Assembly: GCA_037142915.1 (NCBI GenBank)
Contig: JBAWZR010000001.1
Span: 1-49,383, forward strand
Length of the DNA stretch: 49,383 nt
From: Candidatus Moraniibacteriota bacterium
GTDB lineage: Bacteria > Patescibacteriota > Minisyncoccia > Moranbacterales > UBA1568
Direction of reading: 5' to 3'
In this document: positions 1-11,824 of the stretch, one piece after another
Position numbering within the stretch: position 1 is the stretch's first letter
Layout of the letters: every line of letters begins with the position of its first letter
Program-made: the position numbers and the translations under genes
The notes under the pieces: model-generated
Databases searched by the model: none
Told to the model about the DNA's origin: nothing
What the model saw: only the letters and a program-made list of their open reading frames with translations

Positions 1-12
1 TTCGAATTTTTT

Positions 13-378
13 ATGGCTACTTATGACAATCTGCCGGTATACAAAGCGAGCTATGATCTCTTGGTGGATCTCTTTCGCTTCACCAAAGAGTTCACGCGTG
101 AATACAAATATACGTTGGGCGAGAGTATCAAGAAGGAGACGGTCGAGATGATCACGAATATCTATCGTGCCAACAGTACGATAGCGCGAAGAAAAGAAAA
201 AATTGCCATGGCGCGGGAAAATGTCGAGACTATACGCTTGTTCTTGCGACTATTGAAAGACTTGCAGCAAGTCGGTTTGAAAAAATTCGTAGCGCTAAAT
301 GAAAATTTGGAATCAGTCAGCAAACAATTATCGGCCTGGTATGGGTCATGCGGAGGAGAGAATTCGAGCCGTTTTTGA
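13..378 (+). CDS. avd: DGR accessory variability determinant (Avd); four-helix-bundle / 23S rRNA intervening-sequence protein family
   Basis: The 121-aa ORF has NLPVYKASYDLLVDLFRFTKEF...KYTLGESIKKE, typical of the four-helix-bundle family that includes DGR Avd. It lies directly 5' of an A-rich template repeat and a DGR-type RT. Confidence 0.75.
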   Translation: MATYDNLPVYKASYDLLVDLFRFTKEFTREYKYTLGESIKKETVEMITNIYRANSTIARRKEKIAMARENVETIRLFLRLLKDLQQVGLKKFVALNENLESVSKQLSAWYGSCGGENSSRF

Positions 379-546
379 GACGATTCGTAGGGGCCGGAGT
401 CGGTCTCGCGCCAAAGAGCGAGACGAGTGTGCCATAACGAGTCCAATAATCTTCTTGTCCGATACTATCGGATAAGGCATAGGAAACAAATACATTCCAT
501 TTGCTTGTCGCGTTCGAGCGACCTGCAAAGAGTAAAAATGATTATT

Positions 547-735
547 CTTGCGCTAGCCGGCAACCGCAATACCACCGGTGGATTCAACAATCGCGGGACG
601 AACGCCAACTTGTGGTCGTCGTCGCAGAGCGGTGCTACTGCATGGAATCGCAACCTGAACACATCGAACGCTACCGTGAACCGTAACCCGAATTCTAAGG
701 CCAACGGTTTCTCTCTTCGTTGTCTGAAGGACTCG
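547..735 (+). repeat. DGR template repeat (TR); boundaries approximate
   Basis: In the frame of ORF 427..1938 this stretch reads AGNRNTTGGFNNRGTNANLWSSSQSGATAWNRNLNTSNATVNRNPNSKANGFSLRCLKD. It has about 14 Asn (AAC/AAT) codons and a C-terminal NGFSLRC motif like C-type-lectin-fold DGR variable regions. It sits between avd and the RT start. No matching VR was seen in this window. Confidence 0.6.
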
Positions 736-747
736 TTTTTTTATCTT

Positions 748-1938
748 ATGGCTTCATCATTGATAGAGGATTTGTTCCAAGCATATTACGATGCCAGGAG
801 GCACAAGCGTAACACGAATAACGCTCTGCGATTCGAAATGAATTTTGAAGCGGAGCTTTTCCAATTGCGGGATGAGATACTGAATCGGACATACGAGATT
901 TCCAAGAGTACCTGCTTCATCTCATTTTACCCCGTTAAGCGGGAGATTTTTGCCGGTCATTTTCGAGACCGGATTATCCATCATCTCTTGTTCAATTATC
1001 TCAATCCTTTGTGCGAGCGATTATTTATCTATGATAGCTACAGTTGTCGCGAGGGCAGGGGAACCTCTTTGGGAGTGAAACGAGCGGAGCACTTCATTCG
1101 ATCCTGCTCGAACAATTACCAGCAGAAATGTTTTATCCTGAAACTGGATATAGCGGGGTATTTTATGACTATTGATAAGCATATTCTTTTTGGAAAAATA
1201 CGAAATATTATTGGGCGGTTTCGGTCGGAAACGAGCTTCGATGAGAATAGGGTATTATGGCTTTTGGAAAAGGTCGTTTTTCATGACCCGACGCAACACT
1301 GTATTATGAAGGGAAAACGAGAAGACTGGGTTGGCTTGCCAAAATCCAAGAGCCTCTTCTTTTCAGAGAAAGACAGGGGCTTGCCCATCGGCAATCTCAC
1401 CTCGCAGCTCTTCGGGAACATCTATTTGAATGACCTCGATCATTTTGTCGGACACACACTCAAATGCCGGTATTATGGGAGGTATGTCGATGATATGTTG
1501 TTCGTGCATACGAGTAAAGAATTTTTGAAGGCCGTAATTCCCTTGGTCGAGCTCTATCTGGAGAATCAGCTCACACTGACGCTTCATCCTAAGAAAATCT
1601 ATCTTCAGCAGGTTGAGAGGGGAGTAACTTTTCTGGGAAGAGTTTTGAAACCATACAGGGTCTATTTGCAAAATCGAGCAAAAGGGAATATGTGGAAAAA
1701 GTTATTTTTACTGAAAATTGTTTTTGACGGGAAAGAGAGGAGCAAAAGAGAGGTGTGCCGATTGGTTGCGTGTCTGAACTCATATATGGGGATGCTCGAC
1801 CATGGAGCGACCTACAAACTTGGGTTGGCATTGCGCGGACGAAGTGAAGTCTGGTTTTCTCGGTATGTTGGGATTGTTGATAATGGTATGGGCAGATGGA
1901 AGGTTGTGCCGAAAGAATGGATTTCTTTTGCGCCCTGA
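748..1938 (+). CDS. DGR-type reverse transcriptase
   Basis: ATG at 748 (MASSLIEDLF...) follows the TR. It carries RT motifs including the YVDD catalytic box (RYVDDMLF) and the DGR-typical LPIGNLTSQLFGNIYLNDLD (I/LGxxxSQ) motif. The upstream 107 codons of ORF 427..1938 are TR/spacer, not RT. Confidence 0.85.
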   Translation: MASSLIEDLFQAYYDARRHKRNTNNALRFEMNFEAELFQLRDEILNRTYEISKSTCFISFYPVKREIFAGHFRDRIIHHLLFNYLNPLCERLFIYDSYSCREGRGTSLGVKRAEHFIRSCSNNYQQKCFILKLDIAGYFMTIDKHILFGKIRNIIGRFRSETSFDENRVLWLLEKVVFHDPTQHCIMKGKREDWVGLPKSKSLFFSEKDRGLPIGNLTSQLFGNIYLNDLDHFVGHTLKCRYYGRYVDDMLFVHTSKEFLKAVIPLVELYLENQLTLTLHPKKIYLQQVERGVTFLGRVLKPYRVYLQNRAKGNMWKKLFLLKIVFDGKERSKREVCRLVACLNSYMGMLDHGATYKLGLALRGRSEVWFSRYVGIVDNGMGRWKVVPKEWISFAP

Positions 1939-2073
1939 GTGCCAGCGAAGTGACGCAGTTGTATAATTTGGGACGGTAGGACGGGGATTCCTGTGTAGAG
2001 ACGACGCCATTGGCGCGTCTCTGGTGCGAAGGATTTTTTTGACGAGGTGGCGGATTTAGTCTATACTGAGAGC

Positions 2074-2508
2074 ATGGAAAGTATAAAAATACTCATCACG
2101 TATTGGCACAAGTTGGCCGATGAAAAGTGGAAAACCACTGAAGGGTTGATGAATCTCGGACGGTATGCCGATGCGCTCTTTTTCTGTCACCTCGTAATAG
2201 AAGCTGAGCTTAAGGCTAGAGTAGTGATTGAAACGGGTGAAAATGCGCCTTTTATCCATGACCTCCCAAGGTTAGCTCAACTCGCAGTCATCGTTCTTTC
2301 AAACGAACAGAATGATGAGTTGGAAGAAATTTCCACCTTCAATATCGAGGGGCGATACGATGACTATAAGTTTGCATTTTACAAGAAGGCAACCAAACAT
2401 TTCGCCGAGAAGCATTTCAAACTCGCTTATAATTTACGCTTATGGATAAGAAAGTATACACCGCCGGAGAAGTCCGGAAAAAAGTCAAAGATTACGCGCG
2501 CTATCTAA
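2074..2508 (+). CDS. HEPN domain protein (partner of the MNT nucleotidyltransferase)
   Basis: All-helical, with ...ADALFFCHLVIEAELKARV...HDLPRLAQL...EGRYDDY..., resembling the HEPN (PF05168-like) pattern. ATG at 2074 is preferred over GTG at 2047. It overlaps the next gene by 67 nt. Confidence 0.6.
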   Translation: MESIKILITYWHKLADEKWKTTEGLMNLGRYADALFFCHLVIEAELKARVVIETGENAPFIHDLPRLAQLAVIVLSNEQNDELEEISTFNIEGRYDDYKFAFYKKATKHFAEKHFKLAYNLRLWIRKYTPPEKSGKKSKITRAI

Positions 2509-2786
2509 GAGAAACGCATCATGTCCCCGTACAAGGTGTGTACCTTTTTGGTTCGTATGCCAAGCACAAGGCTCATGCATGGAGCGATATCGATGTCTGC
2601 ATCATCTCACCCTTGTTCATCAAGGAGGATCGACTTTCGTTTCTCTGGCACCGCCGGCGAGGAGAAGATGTCGAGGCGATGATTGCCCCAATCGGTTTTG
2701 CTCCCGAGGATTTTCGCGGGACTATTTCCAGTCCTCTCGTACATGAGATTAAAACAACCGGGGAAGAGATCTCACTCGAGCCATAA
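2442..2786 (+). CDS. minimal nucleotidyltransferase (MNT, Pol-beta fold)
   Basis: LFGSYAKHKAHAWSDIDVCII matches the GS...DxD nucleotidyltransferase signature. It is adjacent to a HEPN gene. Confidence 0.7.
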   Translation: MDKKVYTAGEVRKKVKDYARYLRETHHVPVQGVYLFGSYAKHKAHAWSDIDVCIISPLFIKEDRLSFLWHRRRGEDVEAMIAPIGFAPEDFRGTISSPLVHEIKTTGEEISLEP

Positions 2787-2791
2787 TACCG

Positions 2792-3085
2792 ATGCGTATC
2801 AAAAAATTGAAACGTATGTCTTACGAAATGAATATTAAAAAAACCAAGAATGGTTTTATCGTAGAAATGCCCGGTGACGAAGAATCTCTTCCTAAAGTTG
2901 AAGTGATTGAGGAAATCGGTACATCATCAGACGAAGAGTTTTTTCGAACTCGTGACGAAGAAAAGATTGCTCTCGGCAAACTCCTCATGCGTGTTGCGGA
3001 ATATTTTGGTATGCCGTATGACAAGTTTTCAAATGATAATTTGAGTATTACTTTTGGCAAAAAAGGGCACAAACTTGAAGATTGA
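2792..3085 (+). CDS. hypothetical small acidic protein
   Basis: ORF only. The composition is protein-like and no family was recognised. The start is uncertain (alternative Met at 2816). Confidence 0.35.
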   Translation: MRIKKLKRMSYEMNIKKTKNGFIVEMPGDEESLPKVEVIEEIGTSSDEEFFRTRDEEKIALGKLLMRVAEYFGMPYDKFSNDNLSITFGKKGHKLED

Positions 3086-3189
3086 TGTCGGGATAGAACC
3101 ATCGATGTTCTCGGTTTTGAGGTGTTGTATTCGGAGTATGGTGGAGTATGTAGGGAGAAAAAAATAGATTCCGTTAATAACGCATACTT

Positions 3190-3481
3190 ATGAAATACTT
3201 TGAACTGGACAAATCTGAAAAAACTGCCCTCAAGGCTTTCGAGACCGGGAAACTGAAAAGCGTCCCGAATGTCAAAAAATCAAAGGTAGCCTGTCAAAGT
3301 GCCGTAGCGGCGATGCTGAAAAAGGGAAAAAATATCAAATATTCGTCTTTCGGAGCATGATCTTTTACAGCTGAAGGCACGAGCGATGGCTGACGGTATT
3401 CCGTATCAGACCTATCTTACTTCTATGGTGCATAAGCATTTGAAGGTTTCAGGCCCCACTTCTCAAATGGGGAACAAATAG
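3190..3481 (+). pseudogene. frameshifted BrnA/CopG-type (COG3514-like) antitoxin
   Basis: Frame 1 (3190..3360) gives MKYFELDKSEKTALKAFETGKLKSVPN...KKGKNIKYSSFGA*. A +1 shift near 3334-3340 (atcaaatatt) continues as IRLSEHDLLQLKARAMADGIPYQTYLTSMVHKHL, the conserved C-terminal ribbon-helix-helix part of this antitoxin family. Both pieces fall below the ORF-track cutoff. Confidence 0.5.
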
Positions 3482-3563
3482 CCGATCGATTAGGGGGAGA
3501 AGCGTTGTAGCTGTATGCGACCGGTCGGTAGATTGTGCAGTTTTCGCGTAAAGTACAACGGAA

Positions 3564-3585
3564 ACCGGGTCGCGAGCCCGGTTTT
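3564..3585 (+). terminator. possible intrinsic terminator
   Basis: ACCGGG-tcgcgag-CCCGGT hairpin followed by TTT. A-run upstream and T-run downstream, so orientation is ambiguous. Confidence 0.35.
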
Positions 3586-3706
3586 CATTTTAAGCGGTCT
3601 TGATGGAATGAAGTTTAGGTGCTACCATAGGAGACAATGTGAGTGATTGCCCAGGGTGGGAGCGTTAGCCTTTTTTGATCCAATGTTTCTCTCTATTTTC
3701 TCGCCT

Positions 3707-6526
<2,820 letters not shown>

Positions 6527-6550
6527 AAAAGAGATATATAAAAAAAAATC

Positions 6551-6585
6551 GGGATTCTTATAATGATAATAAGAATCCCTTTTTT
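6551..6585. terminator. bidirectional intrinsic terminator between convergent genes
   Basis: 11-bp stem GGGATTCTTAT/ATAAGAATCCC flanked by an A-run upstream and TTTTTT downstream. It lies between the uvrA end and the end of the minus-strand gene. Confidence 0.6.
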
Positions 6586-6602
6586 GATTGCCTGAAGATT
6601 TT

Positions 6603-7136
6603 TTAAAACTGCAGGATTAGCAGAAGGACTGTCGCAAGCCAATTTATTTGTGTTGCAACGAATGGTAGAAATGCCATCAGTTTTCCTGGTTGCTTGTTTT
6701 TGTACCCGATAGAGAAGCAAAGAAGAGTCAATGACCCTGACACTATAAAATTTGCCAGAAAGAGATATCCAAAAGTCTTCAATAGAAATATCCCGAAAGA
6801 TCCAAAAAACAGAATTACTCCGACGGAGAAAATTATTTTTAGGATAATCAAATAAATACCGTTAAAATCTTGATGATAGTAGTAGTTTAATACCAACCCA
6901 AATACTGTGGAGAGTATAAGTAGCGTTCCTGCCACCATACCTACTACGGTTGTATCACGCAGAAGTTCAGGAGAAAATTCGATATGGGAAATTCTGGCCA
7001 TTGTTTGGCCGACGATGAGTGCTCCAAAAATACTGGCTGCCACTAGAAAGGCATCCTTTATTGTAGGCAGCGTCCTTTTTAAAATATCCATTGTTATTAA
7101 GAGAATATTCTTTACTGCTGGTATTGCTTTTTTCAT
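6603..7136 (-). CDS. hypothetical multi-pass membrane protein
   Basis: 177-aa ORF with about 5 hydrophobic segments. No family recognised. Confidence 0.55.
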   Translation of the reverse strand: MKKAIPAVKNILLITMDILKRTLPTIKDAFLVAASIFGALIVGQTMARISHIEFSPELLRDTTVVGMVAGTLLILSTVFGLVLNYYYHQDFNGIYLIILKIIFSVGVILFFGSFGIFLLKTFGYLFLANFIVSGSLTLLCFSIGYKNKQPGKLMAFLPFVATQINWLATVLLLILQF

Positions 7137-7340
7137 GATATTGCTCCATCAGCCGCCACTGAAAAGTTGTAAAAGAACCTGGATATCTCGTTTGGCGGAA
7201 CGAAATTGGTTTATTCAGCAGAAGACTGCGCTTCAAGACTGACTTTGTAATATAGCCTATTTGGAGGCAATAGTCAAGACTGCCAAAAAGTCTCGGAGAA
7301 GGCTATACTAAAGGGAGTTGATAATTAATGCGGGATACTT

Positions 7341-8165
7341 ATGAATACGGGATTGGTTGTTTTTGAATCAAAAAAAATCCGTCGGGTGTGGCATGACGGT
7401 CGATGGTTTTTTTCGGTGGTGGACATTGTTGAAGTTTTAACGGAGAGTCGTGCTCCTCGCCAATACTGGGGTGTATTGAAGGGAAGGGAAACTCAGTTGT
7501 TAACAATTTGTTTACAACTGAAATTGGAGAGTTCTGATGGAAAGAAATATAGTACTGACTGCGCCAATACAGAGGGTATGTTTCGTATTATCCAATCAAT
7601 TCCCAGCCCGAAGGCTGAGCCGTTCAAGCGGTGGTTGGCGAAAGTTGGGTATGAGCGCGTACAAGAAATAGAAAATCCTGAATTGGCGCAAGAGCGGATG
7701 AAGCAACTCTATGAACAAAAGGGGTATCCAAAAGATTGGATCGACAAGCGATTGCGCGGGATTGCTATTCGTCAGAATTTGACCGATGAATGGAAAGATC
7801 GCGGTATTGAGAGTGAGCGCGACTACGCTATCTTAACAGCAGAAATTAGTCGGGCGACCTTTGGGATGACGCCGAGCGAGTACCGGAAGCACAAGAATAT
7901 TCCCGAAAAGTCACCGGCGAATTTACGAGATAATATGACTGATCTCGAATTAATTTTTACGATGCTTGGTGAACGGGTGACGACGGAAATTTCTCAAATT
8001 GAAAAACCGGAAGCGTTTGATGAAAATAAGCGGGTCGCTAGACGCGGCGGAAGCGTGGCTGGCAATGCGAGACGGGAGACTGAGAAAGAAATTGGGCGAA
8101 GCGTGATCTCGAAACAGAATGCACTGGCGATAACGAAACAGCGGAAATTGTTGGAGGAGAAATAA
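7341..8165 (+). CDS. Bro-N domain / DNA-damage-inducible protein D (DinD)-like protein
   Basis: The N-terminus FESKKIRRVWHDGRWFFSVVDIVEVLTES...RQYW and KAEPFKRWLAKVGYERVQEIENPE match the Bro-N/DinD-like pattern. Confidence 0.65.
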   Translation: MNTGLVVFESKKIRRVWHDGRWFFSVVDIVEVLTESRAPRQYWGVLKGRETQLLTICLQLKLESSDGKKYSTDCANTEGMFRIIQSIPSPKAEPFKRWLAKVGYERVQEIENPELAQERMKQLYEQKGYPKDWIDKRLRGIAIRQNLTDEWKDRGIESERDYAILTAEISRATFGMTPSEYRKHKNIPEKSPANLRDNMTDLELIFTMLGERVTTEISQIEKPEAFDENKRVARRGGSVAGNARRETEKEIGRSVISKQNALAITKQRKLLEEK

Positions 8166-8172
8166 ATAACTT

Positions 8173-9096
8173 ATGACTGGACTCTCGAGGGATATTGTGG
8201 CGACGGTGGCGTATTATGACGCGATGGATTTTCCTTTGACGGGTTTTGAGATATGGAAATATCTGATGGCGACAGGCGAAGAAAAAGATCGGGTTTCTTT
8301 AGAAGTGGTGTTGGCGACACTTGAGACTGAAGAGATTAAAAAACGTCTCGTGAGCGATCGGGGGTGGTATGCGGTGCGGGGTCGGGAAGATTTGTTCGAT
8401 AAGCGGTGGACTCGCGAGCGACGATCGGAAATCAAGATGAAGCGTATACAGAAGTTGGCGCAAGTGTTGCGGTGGGTACCCTTCGTGCGGATGGTGGCGC
8501 TTACGGGAAGTGTGGCGATGAAGAATACCAAGCGTGACAGTGATTGGGATATGTTGATCAGTGTGCGTGCGGGGCACATTTGGATGGGGCGTGTTCTGGT
8601 GACGGGCGTATTGCATCTGATCGGTAAGCGGCGCTGGGGTACGCACCATCGTGATCGGGCATGTCTCAACTTTTGGATCACTTCGGAATCGTTGGAGATC
8701 ACTTTGAAGGATTGGTTTTCTTCGCATGAGTATACGACATTGGTGCCGGTTTATGGTGCGCATGAATATCGACGGTTTCGTATGGCAAATAGCTGGATAA
8801 CTCGATTTCGGCCGCAGTATCGACCGACGACATTGGTATCGCGGTGGTGTGTGATGGATCGCTGGTATATCCGCGTGGTGCGGGATATTGGCGAGATAGT
8901 GCTTGGTGACAAGTGGTTTGAAAAAAAACTCGGTGAAATGCAAAAGAAGAAAATCGAGGCGAATCCGAAAACGAAATGGGCGGGAAGTTTGATTGTGGCG
9001 AATGATTCAGCATTGCTATTTCTTCCGAAGCCGCGCGGACCAAAAATTTTTGAGAAGTTTAAACACAGGGTGAGTGAAATCGAAGCGATGGTGTGA
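8173..9096 (+). CDS. hypothetical protein with Pol-beta-type nucleotidyltransferase motif
   Basis: VALTGSVAMKNTKRDSDWDMLI resembles a GS...DxD NTase signature. Otherwise unrecognised. Confidence 0.45.
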   Translation: MTGLSRDIVATVAYYDAMDFPLTGFEIWKYLMATGEEKDRVSLEVVLATLETEEIKKRLVSDRGWYAVRGREDLFDKRWTRERRSEIKMKRIQKLAQVLRWVPFVRMVALTGSVAMKNTKRDSDWDMLISVRAGHIWMGRVLVTGVLHLIGKRRWGTHHRDRACLNFWITSESLEITLKDWFSSHEYTTLVPVYGAHEYRRFRMANSWITRFRPQYRPTTLVSRWCVMDRWYIRVVRDIGEIVLGDKWFEKKLGEMQKKKIEANPKTKWAGSLIVANDSALLFLPKPRGPKIFEKFKHRVSEIEAMV

Positions 9097-9128
9097 TATA
9101 CTAAATAGGTAGGTTGTAATATAAAAAT

Positions 9129-10343
9129 ATGCCACAGTTTTCTTATACTGCGCGCGTCATCGCATCGGGAGAGTCGGTGGACGGCGAGTTGTCGGCGACC
9201 GATGAACGGGCGGTGGTTGCGGAATTGCGGAGCAAGGGTCTCTTGTTAACCTCGGTCAAAATAGTGAAGCAGCAGACGACCGTGAAATGGCTCGATCGTT
9301 TTCAGCGTGTGCCCCTGAAGGAACGGATGATGTTCACTCGTAACCTCGGCGTGATGGTGGGTTCAGGGTTGACCGTGTCCAAGGCACTGATGAATCTTTC
9401 CGAACAGACGAAGAATAAATATTTCCAGAAGATTCTCGATGAGGTGCGTCAGCAGGTGGAGAGTGGCAATACCTTTTCGGGGGCGTTGGCCGCGTATCCA
9501 GCAGTCTTCGATCAGCTGTTCACGAGTATGGTGTATGTGGGCGAAATTTCCGGAAACCTCGAAAAGATTCTGGAGATTCTCGCGATACAGCTCGAGAAGG
9601 AACATGAGCTGACCAGCAAAGTGAAGGGCGCTCTGATGTATCCGTCTGTCGTCATGGTGGCGATGATCGGTATCGGGATTGTCATGCTGACGTATGTCTT
9701 GCCGAGGATTACCAGTGTATTCCGTGATATGGATGTCACGCTGCCGGCATCGACCCTGTTCATTATGGGGTTGGGAGACTTTATGCAAAATCATAGCTTT
9801 TTGGTGATGGGCGGTTTTGTCGGTATAGTCGCGGGAACCAAATGGTTCGCAGGAACACCTCATGGCAAACGGATATTTGGTTGGTTGGCGCTGCGGACAC
9901 CCATCATAAGCGATATTATTGTGAAGGTGAACTGCGCGCGGTTTGCCCGAATTTTCAGCTCATTGCTCAAAAGTGGTGTGGCGGTGACGAACGCACTCAT
10001 GATCGTTTCGGATACGATTTCAAATGTTTATTATAAGGACGCTCTCAAGGAGGGACTCGAAGAAATCCAAAAGGGCGTCGAATTGAGCACGGTGATACTC
10101 CGTTACCCGAAAGCTTTTCCTGTTTTGGTTCCGCAGATGCTCGCAGTGGGAGAAGAAACCGGCAAGACAGAAGTGGTGCTCGAGCGGTTGGCGGATTTTT
10201 ATGAAGAGGAAGTGAATCAAGTCACCAAAAATCTCTCCTCGATTTTGGAACCGGTGTTGATGGTATTCATCGGAACCGCGGTAGGATTTTTCGCTGTCGC
10301 GATGCTACAACCGATTTACAGTGTTATGGATAATATCAATTAG
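9129..10343 (+). CDS. pilC: type IV pilus assembly platform protein PilC (GspF family)
   Basis: 404 aa with a duplicated GspF-type cytoplasmic domain plus TM architecture (FTRNLGVMVGSGLTVSKAL..., FARIFSSLLKSGVAVTNAL..., PQMLAVGEETGK). Confidence 0.9.
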   Translation: MPQFSYTARVIASGESVDGELSATDERAVVAELRSKGLLLTSVKIVKQQTTVKWLDRFQRVPLKERMMFTRNLGVMVGSGLTVSKALMNLSEQTKNKYFQKILDEVRQQVESGNTFSGALAAYPAVFDQLFTSMVYVGEISGNLEKILEILAIQLEKEHELTSKVKGALMYPSVVMVAMIGIGIVMLTYVLPRITSVFRDMDVTLPASTLFIMGLGDFMQNHSFLVMGGFVGIVAGTKWFAGTPHGKRIFGWLALRTPIISDIIVKVNCARFARIFSSLLKSGVAVTNALMIVSDTISNVYYKDALKEGLEEIQKGVELSTVILRYPKAFPVLVPQMLAVGEETGKTEVVLERLADFYEEEVNQVTKNLSSILEPVLMVFIGTAVGFFAVAMLQPIYSVMDNIN

Positions 10344-10420
10344 GACTTCCTCGCTTATGCCTCGAACCCGCCTGCGGACGGGCAAGCTGCACTCAAGCGC
10401 GTAAGTCCTAAAAATGTATA

Positions 10421-11809
10421 ATGAAAATAAAAATAAATTCACGACAAAAAGGGACGACATTGGTTGAGGTGCTGGCGCTCCTGTTTGTTTTTGTGGTGGT
10501 CAGTACGGTATTCTTGCAGGCGTGGAGTTTTGGAACGAAGTTGATTTTTGAGACGCGTAATCGGCTTGGTGCGGCATCACTTGCGTCGGAAAAAATGGAA
10601 ATCATCCGTAATTTGGATTATTCCGCTATCGGCACCAAGACCCCTGACGGTGGCGGTGGATGGAATTATGGCCTACCAGGCGGGGACATACTTCAAGACG
10701 AATCCGTGACGGCCAATGCCCACACCTATCAGGTGCGCACATTTATTCAATACATCGATGATCCTTTTGATGGATTGGTGACGGGTACGACTCCGATCGA
10801 TACGGTTCCCAATGATTACAAAAAAGTATTTGTTACTGTTGCATGGGGTACGGCGAGTTCATCGCAGCAAGTGGAAGTTTCTTCGGTATTCGTGCCGAAG
10901 GGTGTCGAGCAGAGTGCGGGCGGGGGAGTATTGTCGATCAATGTGCTCGATCTGGCAGGAAATGGGATTGCGGATGCGACGGTGCATATCGTCAATACGG
11001 CGGTTAGTCCGCATGTTGGTTTGACGACTAATACTGATGATACGGGCAACCTGATGTTCCCTGCTGCTCCGGCGAGTTTGCAATCATACCAGATCAGCGT
11101 TTCGAAATCCGGATACTTTCCCATAACCACATATCCTTCTATGGCAAATGGTGGGACATTTACACCGGTCGAGCCGCATGCTTCGGTAGTAGCTGGGGAG
11201 CTCAATCCGAGTAGCTTGATAACCGATCGCTCGGCCGACATTACCATCAAGACCAAAGATGGACTTAGTCAAGATCTTCCAAGTGTTGCATTTCAACTTG
11301 TCGGAGGCAAGCAGATCGGTACGGCGCCGATAACCTATACTCTTAATGAGAATGATACTTCCGGAGCCGGTGCTTCATTTACCGAGTCATCAGTCAGCCC
11401 CGGTACCTATACCATTACGCCTACCATTCCCGCTCAGCATATTCTTTTGCGGATGGAGCCGCCTGGAGTGACGGCGAGCTCGTTCGTGGTGAGTGCGGGT
11501 GTCAATAGTGAAGAAACTTTGTTCTTTGCGGATATGACGATAGGATCGGTGTTGGCAACGGTTACAGATCAATCTACAACCAGTCCGCTTGCCGGAGCTT
11601 CCGTGCAATTAACCAATAGTATTACGGGATACGATGTGACGCTTACTACGGATCAATTCGGGCGGGCTTACTTCCCAACTTCGGCACCCGCTCTGCCTGC
11701 TGGGACATATGATTTGAAAGTAACAGCGGCCGGCTTTCAGGATCAAACGAAAACCATTTCGGTGTCGGGGAGTCTTCTCCAAGAGAGCGTCGATTTGATA
11801 GCCAGTTAA
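10421..11809 (+). CDS. prepilin-type N-terminal domain protein with CarboxypepD_reg-like beta domains
   Basis: The N-terminus KGTTLVEVLALLFVFVVVS has the class III signal/pilin helix with Glu+5. Two segments (ATVHIVNT...TDDTGNLMF...YQISVSKSGY and ASVQLTN...TDQFGRAYF...YDLKVTAAGF) look like carboxypeptidase-regulatory-like folds. Confidence 0.7.
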   Translation: MKIKINSRQKGTTLVEVLALLFVFVVVSTVFLQAWSFGTKLIFETRNRLGAASLASEKMEIIRNLDYSAIGTKTPDGGGGWNYGLPGGDILQDESVTANAHTYQVRTFIQYIDDPFDGLVTGTTPIDTVPNDYKKVFVTVAWGTASSSQQVEVSSVFVPKGVEQSAGGGVLSINVLDLAGNGIADATVHIVNTAVSPHVGLTTNTDDTGNLMFPAAPASLQSYQISVSKSGYFPITTYPSMANGGTFTPVEPHASVVAGELNPSSLITDRSADITIKTKDGLSQDLPSVAFQLVGGKQIGTAPITYTLNENDTSGAGASFTESSVSPGTYTITPTIPAQHILLRMEPPGVTASSFVVSAGVNSEETLFFADMTIGSVLATVTDQSTTSPLAGASVQLTNSITGYDVTLTTDQFGRAYFPTSAPALPAGTYDLKVTAAGFQDQTKTISVSGSLLQESVDLIAS

Positions 11810-11824
11810 CAGTATCTTTCTCAT

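Noticed and set aside
427-747. N-terminal 107 codons of ORF 427..1938 (MCHNESNN...RCLKDSFFYL) as part of the reverse transcriptase
   Set aside because: This stretch is the avd-TR spacer plus the template repeat read in frame. The RT-like sequence begins at Met 748. Treating it as coding would hide the TR.
1997-2040. Hairpin AGAGACG…CGTCTCT after the RT as a terminator or DGR-related stem-loop
   Set aside because: The T-run starts 12 nt after the stem and the loop is large and irregular. The support is too weak to annotate.
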